The notes under the pieces are model-generated. The model saw only the letters and a program-made list of their open reading frames with translations, ran no database searches and was not told where the DNA came from. The position numbers were made by a program, and so were the translations under genes. A DNA stretch of 64,000 nucleotides from Eutreptiella sp. 'Long Island Sound 2002'. Lineage: Eukaryota; Protista; Euglenida. Location: contig OZ038378.1 of the NCBI GenBank assembly GCA_964036045.1, positions 11,408,001 through 11,472,000 of the forward strand, in the 5' to 3' direction. Positions 25,001 through 37,000 of this stretch are shown here, piece by piece (within the stretch, counting starts at the first letter, position 1; each line of letters starts with the position of its first letter).

Positions 25001-28000
25001 ATAAAACGGGTATCACCCAATACGGATGTCACCTGATGCGGGATTGCCTGTATGTACTACTTAACACACGCGACACCAAATACACGCATCAAATAGTACC
25101 TAATATTACCTGATACACGTCCCTCCAACAGGAAGAACCTCATACGCTCAGATACTAGTTCTAATACACGTATCACCTAGCACAAGTATCACCTAGCACA
25201 CACCCTACCTTGTGTGGCTAGGTAATCCATATTGCCTAATACGCGCATTGCCTGATGCAGGCACTACTTCACACGGGTGTCGACTTTACAGCTATTACCT
25301 AAACCGGGTACTACCAATACAAGCACCACCTACTACGGGTATTACATAACACGCATATTACCCAATACACATCTCAAATAGTACAGGAATCACGTTACCT
25401 GAGCTTGTTAGCTGTAATCAGCACAACATGTACCACCTATTATGCTCATTACCCAACGCGGGTATTTTTTGAGTATTTGAGTACTTCGAGTAATTTGAGT
25501 ACTTGAGGATTTCATGCTACAACTATCACCCAATACTTGCATTACGTGAACCACATATTACATAGTTTGCATATTACCTAACACAGACATCACAGAACAT
25601 ACTACTGTATGCGCTCTCATGCGCATATCACCTCATGCGGGACATGGGTACCACCTAATCCGGGTATTGCCTACTACAAATATTATCTAATGAGGGCAGT
25701 CCTTAACGAAGAAAAAAAAAAGAAGTGTTCCTGTACCCAGGTTTCCCAAAAATGCCCACGGGCACACCATGTGTTGGCGGTTGGCGGTTGGCGGTTGGCG
25801 ATTGGCGACTGGCAGTTGATGGCGGTTGGTGGTGGTTGGCGGCAGTTGGTGGTTGGGGATTGGTGGTTGATGGCCGTTAGCAGTGGTTGGCGGGTGGCGG
25901 TTGGCGGCAGTTGGCGGTTGGCGGTTGGTGGCGGTTGGTGGCAGTTGGCGGTTGGTGGCGGTTGGTGGTTGGTGGTTGGCGGTTGATGGTCCCTTGGGGC
26001 GGTCCTTAAGGGCAGTCCTTAACAAAAAAAAAAATCTCGGTCCCAAAGGACCGCCCTGTATCTAACATGGGTATATACTAATACAGGCATTACCCAGTTC
26101 GGGTATTACCAAAGACATGTATTAGTTAATGCGCATGTTACCTATAGTACGGCAATAATCTAATGTGCTCGTGCATTATTTCTAGTACAGCTATTACCAA
26201 ATGCACGGGCCAACAAATTCTAATGTGCGTATTACCAAATGCGGGTATGACCTACTACGCGCATTACCTCGATAGTATGCCCGAAGTTGCCCCTCCCTAC
26301 GCTCCCCGACCCCCCAACCAAGCCCATCTGCCCACCCGCCCGCCCACCCACCCACCATCCTGCCCTACGCCCTCTCCTGTTACTCCTGTACGTACATGCA
26401 GCAGCGCATCCTCCACCCGGAGCAAGGGGAGGAGTCCACACAAGCGACACGGGGAACTAGAAGCCCAAAGGTACCCGGCAGATGCCGCCCGCGACCGTGC
26501 CACTGCCTTACCAAATGTGCCCCCCCCTGCCCGCACATACTCTCTTCCCTCTCCTCTCGTGGTGCCTTGGGGGTGCACCACATGTGACCAGGTGCCCCAT
26601 GTGTGCCTGCATTGTGCCCTGTGGGTGCACCACGAATGACTAGGTGCCCCTGGTGCGCCTGCATGATGCCCTCAAGGTGCACAAACGATGACCATGCCGA
26701 TGGGAACGGAGAGCGGACCCCGTCCCTCCGCCCTATGCGGATGCTTAGGGGAGAGGAACCTATCCCTCCATCCAATGCTGACGGGCACATGGGCAGGGAA
26801 CCTGTCCCCGCCGGGAGGGGGACCAAAACCCTAGCCCAGTGCTGGAGTGCATAAGGGCAGGGAGTTTGCCTCCTGCCCTGTGCTAGAGGGCACAAGGCAT
26901 GAGAATTTGTCCCCCCGTCCTGTGCTTGAGAGCACATGGGCAAGGAACTTGTCCCTCCACCTCGTGCTAGCATGCACATGGGCAAGGAACCTAACCCTGT
27001 GTCCGGGGCGCGGAACCTATCCCTCCGCCCTTTGCTGATCCACCCATATTGTCCCATCCGATCCCCATTGTCCCTCATTTTTCCTCACCCACGTCCCACT
27101 ACCCGTGCCTGTGCCCCTACCCATGCCCCTGCACGCCTCAAACATGGAGGGAGGGAGGGAGGGAGGGAGGATGGGTGGGTGGGAGGAGGGATGGCATCCC
27201 TGAGGACTCTACTGAATGGCTGGCCTTACCCTATGAAATGCCCCTCCCAAGCCCCTGACGGACCGTCCCCATGTTTCTCTTGGGCGATGCTAGACCCCGG
27301 CGGCAAAGGGCCACGCTGTGCTCGTCTTGCGGGGTGTTGCTGGTGCACGCCATGGCCTCGCCTGGAGCCCTCAATAGACTACCAGCCCGCCGTCCAGGCG
27401 CCGTGGGCCCTTGGTAGCAGAGGGCTCGTTGGCACCAGGCAAGCTAGGGGCGCTTCTGCCCCTATTTGCGAGGACACGGTAGGTGGGGAGTGTTCCCGCC
27501 CTTGTGCATGTTAGCAGAGAGTAGAGGAGAGACACACTGTCATGTTGTGTAGCACGTCTCTGTACCGCTGCGCAGTAGGCACTATGTGACCCTGTGCTGC
27601 TCATTCTCCACCACGACATGTTGTAGGCTCTCTGTGACACTGCGCAAGAGGTACCTTGCAGAGCTCCGCTACATGCACTCCGTGACGTGATAGCACCATG
27701 TGACGTGATGCCGCAAGCAGTCTGTGATGCGATGCAGCAGGCACAGTGTCTCAGGTTGCAGCGGGCTCTCCGTCACGGCAGCATGCAGCAGGCACACTAT
27801 CAAGACGTGCAGCAGGCACACTATCTCGCAGTGTTGTAGGCATGTTGTGATGTTGTGCCATTGCATGTTGTCATGATGTCCTGCTAGCACCCTGTGACAC
27901 CATGCTGCTCGCATTTTGTGTTGTTGTGGTGGCACATTGTCACGATGTGCAACTGGCCCTTTATGACGTTGTGCCGTGCGGAGAGGAAAGATGTGACGGC

Positions 28001-31000
28001 CAATGATGCGGGCATATAGCAGGGCCGGCCAGCGCATTGCTTGTCTTCATGTGTCTGTGGACCTAACCACCCTGCTTTGCTCTGCCCTACAACACTCCTT
28101 GTGCCCTCTACTGTTGTGCTCTACCTTTCCCTTCTTCGCTCCGCCCCACCATGCTCCGCTTGCCGTGCTTTGCCCTGTGCTGTGCTGCTCCACCCCATTT
28201 TCCCCCGTTTGGCACCACTTTGTCTCACTCCGCTTTGCCCTGCCCCGATTTGCCCTTGGATAAGGCTAGAGCCCTCCTCGCGGCTGGAGGAGGATGGGGT
28301 TCGCATCTTCCTTGCCTTCGGAGGGGAATAAGGTAAGAGCCTTCCTCGCCACCGCCGCCGGAGGGGGATAGGGTGAGAGCCCTTTGCACCCCAAGCTAGC
28401 AGCACCCTTGGTCAGCCGCACGCAGGCTCACCAACACCCTAGTCTAGCTGCACCTTGGGTCCCCTCCCCCGTGCGCCCCTGTCCCTTGTTAGCACAAGGC
28501 GGGGGGTTTGGGTCCCCTGCCCTGTGCACACAAGCACAGTACGGAGAGACTGGTTTCCCACGCTTGGGTGGCATCAGCACAAGGCGGAGGGATAGGTCAC
28601 CCACCCCAATGTGCATCCGCATAGAGCAGAGGGACAAGTCCCCCACCCCTGCGAGCATCAGCACAGGGCGGAGGGTCAGGTTCCCCATCCCTGGGCGCAT
28701 CAGCGCATGGAAGAGGGACATATTCCTGTCCCCTATGCACACCAGCACAAGGCGGAGGGACAGGTTCCCTTCCTTGTGCGCGTCATCACAGGGCGGAGAG
28801 AGAACCTTCCCGCCCCTGTGCGCAACATCATAGGGCAGAGGGACACGTTCCCCTCCCCCTATGTGCTTCCGCATAGGGCGGAGGATTTGGTTCCCGTTTC
28901 CTGTGCGCATCAGCGCACAACAAGGGGACAGGTTGCTTGGCCTGTGGGCATCAATACAGGCCAGAGGGACAGATTCCCCGCCCATGTGCACATGAGCACA
29001 AGACAGAGCAACAGGTTCCCTCCCCTGTGGGCATCAACACATGTCGAAGGGACAGGTTCCCTGCCCTGTGCGCAACAACACATGGCGGAGAGATGGGTTC
29101 CCCTTTCTTGTGCGCATTAGCATTAGCGCACAACAAGGCGACAGGTTGTCCGGCCCTGTGCACATCAAAACAGGGCGGAGGGACCCCCCCCTGCGCATCA
29201 GCACAAGGCGGAGGGACATGTTCCACGACTTTGTGCGCATCAACACAGGGCCGAGGGACAAATTCCCCTCCCCCGTGTGCATCAACACATGGCTATGGAA
29301 TAGGTTCCCCTCCCCCGTGCCCATCAACACAGGGCGGAGAGACTGATTCTCCGCCCCTGTGCGCATCAGCACAAGGCGGAGGGATGGGTTACCCACCCCT
29401 GGTCCAGGTGGCCAGGCAGGGGTGGGGCCTTGGGGCAGAGCCACGATCACTCCGCATGCTGAGCGCAGCATGACCCAGCCACTGCCCCAGGGCCAAGGGT
29501 GCTGGGAAGGGTCCATCGAGGGCCCTGGGAGTGCATCTCACATGGCATGGCCAGTCGATATGCAGAGTCGTCGGGGAAGCCATCTTGATCCACCCCAGGC
29601 GTCCTGTGAGGCTTAAGATCGGCCTCCAAATCCGAATCCAAATCCCCCAACCTCCCCTGACCCCCACCCCTCAGAGCAGGGCACGTGTAAATCCAATGGT
29701 ACCAAGGCAGCACCATCTTGCTAAGAAGAGAGCTATGTCACCCCCCATCCTATCTTGGGACTGGGACTGTACACGCCCGTTCTACGCTCCATGCCTCACA
29801 GGACGGCGCTTCGCCGCAGCACTCCGCACCTTAGAAAGAAATGATCATGGGTGCAAGGGTAAATGACGCGAGCGGCCCATTTTTGGGAAGGGGGCCTTTG
29901 GGATCCCTTTGGCCCCCTTCCCAAAATATTGTCACTTCGTCTACAACATGCCGACAGCGTCTACAATTAGCAGACGGCATCTACTTGTCGCAGACCGCAT
30001 GTACAGACTACAGACCGCCTTGGTGTGGTGCACGGGTAAATGTATGACCCCCCCCCCCCCCGCCGCCCTAACCCCCCCACCTCCCCCCTCATACGTGTAT
30101 TGCTTAATACATGTACTACAGAATACAGGTATTACCAAATACTCGTAATAGGCATATTACCTCGCCAGTCAATCGGCCATTTATTGCTTCATTCATTCAT
30201 CCACCCCTTCATTAATTCAATCGATCGATCAATCATTTATGCATGCAGTCGTTCAGGCATTCCATTACTAGTTAATGCCCGTATTGTATAACACCCATAT
30301 TAGGCAATACTCCGCCTAGCAGGTAATACCCATATTCAGTAGCAGGCGCATCATGTAATACCCGTATCGGGTAATACCCGTATTAAGCAATACGCATATC
30401 ATGTCATACCTATTTCTTGATACGCAACATGCAAACCAGCCTAGCCCTGACCCAAAAAATCTCATGCCCAAAAGACTGTCCTGGAGACACTCGCCGGATG
30501 CCGCACTAGTGCATTGTGCAGAATGCTCAACAACCCCTTTCCCCATAACGCCGGCGGTGGTGTTCACAATCCGCCCGCCCCTCTGAAATGCGTCTGCAAC
30601 CCGAACCCTGCCGGACTCCGCAAGCGTCGGCCAAGCGCCACTCGCCATCAGTGAAGCGCAAAGCGGCCCCCGGTAACAGAACAGCAAGCAGACACATCTC
30701 AGTGCTGAATGACAGCCGTGGCCCAGGGAGACAGCCAGAGCACGGCGCACCTGCAGCGCCTGCTCCATCACCTTCGAGTCCCACTCCCACAGGCTGGTCG
30801 ACCCTTCTACATCCGTGTCCACCAGCACAACCCGGCCCTGCGGGATGACCACCGAAGACACAGCGTATTGCGCCTGGGTATTGCGCCGCCGGACCATGCT
30901 CAGGGCCCGCCTCTGCTGGCGGATGCGCCACACAAAGTACCCGAGGGTGCCCGCCACCGGGAGGAGCAGCAGGTAGAACACCACCAGCACCGCGGTGCTG

Positions 31001-34000
31001 GCCCCGTCCCCGGCGCTGGTCGCGGGCGGGACGCAGGTCAGCGTGTCCAACCCCGTCTTCGCCCGCCCGCGCAGCTCTTCTGAGCTGGTCCACAGAGGGA
31101 CTGCCCCTTCATGCGCCAATGCGGCCTCCGAATCCGCAGTGTAGAGCCAGTGCACGAAAAGGCGGACTCCGGCCGGGGCATGTGCGCACGCCGGGGCCGG
31201 AAGCGTGAGCTGCGTCGCATACGTGAGGGCGTAGCACTGCGGATTGCCGGGAGCGGCAAAAGCCACAGCGCCGTCGAGCGCCGAACTGGCGCATGCGGCA
31301 ATGGCGGCGAGGCTCGGGGGGACGGCCACTCCCTCGGACGGTCGAAGGGGCACGGCCCAGAGCCGCGGGTCGAGCGCCGGGGCAAAGCGCGTGAGGGCCA
31401 GGGCCCCGGGGGTCTCGGCAGCGGCCATGCGGAGCGCCTCTTCGTGCTGGAGCGCGGCGGCGGCGCTGAGGGCGTGGCCAGTGTAGCCGTCGAATACTGA
31501 TATTAACAGCACCGCGAGGGCGTCCTCGAAGGCGGCGGCAGCAGGGCCCTTCATCAGCACAATGCGCTGTGCCGGGCCCGGCAGGAGGAGCCCGTCGCCG
31601 GGATTGAGGGCAAGGATCGCTGGGTCGGTCCATTCGGTCACATTGCCGTTGAGGATGCGCGCGAGGGTGTCCAGGTCAAGCGTGATCTTCCTGCGGGAGA
31701 CGACCGCAAGAGCGCCGGCCACAAACGGGAAGCCGACACGCGCGCGCGACCGCTCCGGGGCAGCGGGCGCGGCAGCAGCCGAGACGACGAACGTGTTGTT
31801 GGGCCGCGAGGCGGTTCCGCTGGTCGCCGGCGCGTACGTGACGCGGGTCGAGGGCCGGACGGTGCTGTACAGGTGCGCGAGCGCGTCGATGACGGGGCCG
31901 GCGCAGGGCAGCCCGGTGCCGTGAATCGCGAATGACGGGGGCTGCAGGGCAGTGCCGCAGCGGAGCGCGCTGCGGAGGTGGTGGCGGACGACGGCGCGAT
32001 GCGGTTCGAGGAGGGCGGCAAACCCATGCGCCTCCATGACCCCCGAGACGGACGGGGCCGACCAGACCCAGCCCCAGAAGTCGGACAGGGCGCGGCACGC
32101 GGGGCCAGGGTCCGCACGCATGACCACGTAGCTGTACGCCACAAAGGGCCAGGCCTGCAGGGCCGGGGAGGGCACAGCCGGAGGCAGAGGCTGCTCAGGC
32201 GCGAGGCCAAGGCGGAGGCTTAGCGGCGATGCTGCTACAACGGCAGTCCCCACGCGGAGCCGAGGGATGCGGAGGCGGTGCTCCAACGCATGCGCCAGCC
32301 CCAGATATCCGATGGTGTAGGGCTGGACTGACACGTAGGAGCTCAGGTGTGCAGGAGTGCGCTCCAGGGGCTGCAGAGGCCCCCACCTCGAGTCGCCTCC
32401 TCGACCGAGGCCCTCCCAAAAGATCCGCGTGGCGGCGCTGTCGGGGCCCTGCACCGCCATCAAGATGCGTTGCTGTGGTGGGATGCCCCACGTTGGCATG
32501 TCGGGATTGAGGGCAATGATGTGCGGGTCGTCCCACAAAGTGATATTGCCGAAGAAGATGCCTGCAAGCACCTGCGCAACGGGGCCCAGGGAAGGACGCA
32601 GCGTGGAGCGCAGTGGGTGAAGAACATGAGCTTGCACTCGGTAGCGCCGAGTGTTGCCACGTGGCACGAAAAATGTTTGCATGGCATCACCAAGTGTGCA
32701 CCTTCACACAGCCACCCACAGCACACGCCACAGCACACATCCGAACACACAATACAGCACCAAGCAGCGGGGATAAAGGACCGTGGGGGTCTAGAACCCC
32801 TGATCCACCCATCCATCCCCCCCCCTTCTGTAATACTGTTTTGGAAGCACGGGGTTGTCAATTTTTCTTGGGGGTACAACTCCACACACTCTCCAAGTTA
32901 TGCACTTCTGCTTACTGTGGATGCAACAAGCTTGCTTGGAGTGCTGAGGAATGCGGTCTTGGAGGTCATGACTACGGATTGGTGGTGATGGGCATGGCAA
33001 TGGTGCTGCAGATGGTTGCTTGTCTTGCTTGTTGCTGGTGGCCCTCTGCTGATACATTGGCTGTTGGCTGCTGCTAGTCACTACTGCTGCTGCTGCTGGC
33101 TTCTTGTACTTGGACTACCGAATGAAGTACGTCGTCAGCCCCAGCCCCAGCCCCGGGGGACTACGATCCACTACGGCATCTCCTTCCTAACTGCGAAGCT
33201 CACAGCTAGGGATGCCCATGGAGAAGTCTGCGAGGCGAAGCTAGTCCCGGATCCGCTTGGCGTAGTTGGCCAGCATATGTGCGAAGTCATCGGCTTCTGC
33301 AGAGTGAGGCGGCCAGATGGGGTTCTCCATTGCGCCGGCCGTGTACGTTCGCCGGCCCGTGGTCACCAGGCGGGGGGTGTCGAAATATCCTGCCACATGG
33401 TGTGTCCAGCATGGGTCCATGATGGTGTATGAGGTGCAAGTGCCAGCTCGCGGCTTGAACCCCAAGGCCCCGATCCACCCCAGTCGGGAATGGCCTCCCA
33501 ACTAGATACTCTGGGATCGGGGGATCACGCCGACTCCGACAACAACTCCCCCGGGCCAACCGGACTACCCGGAATCCCTCCCAGGTGAGGCCCGCTTGGC
33601 CGCCATGTTGGTGGAAGAGCGGTTGATGCCTGGGAGAGAGGCCTCACTTGAGACAGTGTCAGAGCTCCGGATGCTAAGGTGGGTGGGCCGTCTGTCTCTG
33701 TGGCGCCGGGAGCTGCTGTCTAGGGCTAACCTGGGGACGCCTTGCCGCTCTGCCTACCGGTGCCACTGAAGATCTTGCTGGGCCTTAGCCTTTGTGCCTC
33801 CGGGCCCAAGTCGGGCTATGACAAGCCTCACTGCTTGTGGGGAGTGGGCAGTGGAACTCCTTCTGTTCTCTGCCTCACTGCCTTGGGGTAGTGGGCAGTG
33901 GAACTCCTTCTATATACTACCTCACTACCTTGGGGCAGTGGGGGGTGGAACTCATTCTGCTCTCTGCGGCACTGCCTTGGGGCACTAGGCAGTGGAAATC

Positions 34001-37000
34001 CTCTTGTGCACTGCCCCACTGCCTTGCGGCAATAGGCAGTGGAAGTCCTTCTGATCTCTGCCTCACTTTGGGGCAGTGGGCAGTGGAACTCCTACTCTAC
34101 ACTGCCACACTGCCGGGGTAGTAGGCAGTGGAACTCCTTCTGCTCTCTGCTGCACTACCTTGGGGCAATGGGCAGTGGAATTCCTCCTGTGCACTGCCTC
34201 ACTGCCTTGGGGCAATGGGTGGTGGAACTCCTTCTATACTCTACCTCACTACCTTGGGGCAGTGGGCAGTGGAACTCCTACTCAACAATGCCTCATTGCC
34301 TGAGGGCAATGTGTAGTGGGACTCCTGCTGTACACAGCCACACTGCCTTGGGGCACTGGGTAGTGGAACTCCTTCAACACACTAACTCACCGCGGAGTGG
34401 CAGTGGGCGGGGGGACCCCTTCTACATACTGGCACACTGCTGGGGAGAAGTCCCACATGAGACGGCAGTGACCAAAATGACAATTCAAGTCCAAATTATT
34501 CCTTTCAACTATGAGGAGGGAGAGGGGGGGAGGTGTTCCAGGGGGACGGGGTGTCACTCCTCCTCCGCAAACCTGTTGTAAAGAAAGTGTTCATGCGGCG
34601 TTTGCCCTTGGGGCGCATTGCTGCCGATGGCCCGATTCAGATTGATTTGGGGAACTGGGATGCAACATGCTGTTCATCTGTTCATTCCAGCGTTTGGAAT
34701 TCCTTCCATACACCGCCACACTGCTGGGGAGGGTGTAGTGTGGTGTGGAGTGGAGTGTAGTGGTGTGGTGTGGTGTCGTGTGGTGGGGATGGGGTGGGGT
34801 GGGTCGGGGTGTGGTGTCGTGTGGTGCTGCAGTATGGCACAAGGGGGGGTGGCAAGAATCTCATAGAGTGCCCCGTTTACTGACAATACTGACTCATTTC
34901 TGAGGTGGCCAGGGGGGGCTGGGCTGGGTTGTGCTGGGACACGGCCTCTATTTGCAGTCAATTGACGGTCTCGGCCCATCCCATACCAACTCGCCACAAT
35001 GTCCGGTCTGAAGGCCTGCCGGATGCTGACAGTCCCCAGACCCCGCCCAGCGCAAGCGAGGAGGAGATACCGCGGTGATGTATGGGCCTGGGGAGGGCAG
35101 GCCGGGGGTGCACCTGCTCGCTCCACTGTTCGTTGTCACTGGGTTTGTGTGTGCCGGGGAGCCCAACGCTGAGACGGCCTGGGGACAATGGGTCGGGTAG
35201 CCTACGGGCTCCAGCCGCTGAGCGGGCGCTGCGCTGCCTCCCTACTGCGCCCCGATGAGCCATGGGCTGGCTTCTAGGAAGGGAGAGCTGGCTGAAGGCA
35301 CTCTTTGTCTGACCCCTGAGGGGCCACAGGTCGTGGTCCTCAAGGCCCTGCTCCCATACTCCCTGCGGCGTTGCTGGAGGTCCTCTCGACATGCTAAGCA
35401 GTGCCCTATCCCTACGAAACCTAGACTGTAGGCCTGTAGCACTGTGGCTACCTCTGGTGGGGGCACCCTGAGGGTACACTCCCTGGGGACCCATCCTGGG
35501 GGGGGCCAGGAGGAGGGGGGGGGGGGGGGGATCCACTTTTATGGACACAACTCACCCACCTATAGGCCTACCCCAAAGCAAATGCACTTTCGTGTAGTAG
35601 GTTGGACCTGCACCGCATTTGACCTTCGCATTTGACCTTTACCCCTGCCCCTTGACCTATGCAACAGCAACTCAAGGGAGTGTGGAGAAAGAAAAGGAAG
35701 AGGATCCACCCGGACAGCCGTGCGGTGTATTGTGGGTGGTGGTTGATGGCTTATGTTGTATTTCGGCGTGTGTTGTGGTGTTGTGCTGTAGTCTGTGTTG
35801 CGTGCTGTGTGGTGTTGTGTGTTGTAGTGTGCATTGTGGTGCAGATTGTGGAGGTGAATCTCAACACGCACTTGCCTGGCCATGCAGATTCGTCAAAGCA
35901 CATGCCTGGGTGCAAGGCATGCGGGTGGGTGTTCGGGTAGGGTGCACAACAGCAGGGGATGGGGCCGCACCTCAAGAGACAAGACGAGGTCTACAGCAAG
36001 GCCCAGGTTGTATACCGGGACCACCCCTTGGACCAGAAAGGGATACGTATGCAGTTGTGGAACCCTAAAGAGCAAGCAGCACAAGTGGGCACCTGCCACA
36101 ATGATCCAAGCAACACACTCCCTATGACATCACCCGATGCGAATACCTGCCCTTGCACAGCCATTCTTGATGGATGGACGTCAAGAAATAGGGAGAGGAA
36201 GCAGACAACGAGGGGCAGGAGCAGGAGGAGGAGGACAGGGCGGCCTTTATGGAGTTGTTCCGTTCCGCAAACGCCAAGGATCCTCGTTGCACTGTCCCTG
36301 ACCCAATGGGGGATTCACATGCGTAGAGCCGAGCAGCCCGCACAACGGAACACAATGATGCACTTGAGTTCACAACGCCGAAGCCACACAATGCCACTGT
36401 TTGGACAACTGGCACAAAAAAAACAAAGCCGTGCCTACCCTTCAAATCTAGAACAAAAAACGGGCTCAGTGTCTCAGGAAATTATCAGTCTTTGATGGTC
36501 TCTCAAACCATTTTGAGCCACATGGGGTTCTGTCCTTTTGAGGGGGAAGAGGAGTATCTCCAGGGTATTGAATCCGTTTCTGGACCCTGCATTGCTGGAG
36601 TCCCCAGCCCCACCCCTCTGTTGTCTAGTCAGCCGTTTGCTTCCCAGACTCATCCCAACGTTCTGGCCTTCTTCACCAGCGAAGCCGTGCATCCCTTGTG
36701 CCGATACTGTAGAGTCTACTATGCCGTTCACCCGATGGCTGATGGTTCAAGTGATTTCGTTTCAAGCATGTGCCAAAGCGGTTGCTAATGGTTGAAAGCG
36801 GTTGGGGGGCAGGGGGAGGCGCTACCCACCCCTGGCACAACTACAAGAACATTTGCAATTCAGGTCAGATACGTCCGACTCATAACCATGTGGACGGGCT
36901 CCGGAACAAAGACCTGGTGCCCCCCCCACCCCCTGCAACAACCAGCAATCTCTTAGACTGTTTTCGAGGGTAAAAAAACGCCGTTTAAGAATTCCAAAGC

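Noticed and set aside
30316-32682. The 788-aa ORF as a complete gene
   Set aside because: Both ends run into intron sequence. Homology stops at the splice sites 32571 and 30751, which join in phase to neighbouring exons.
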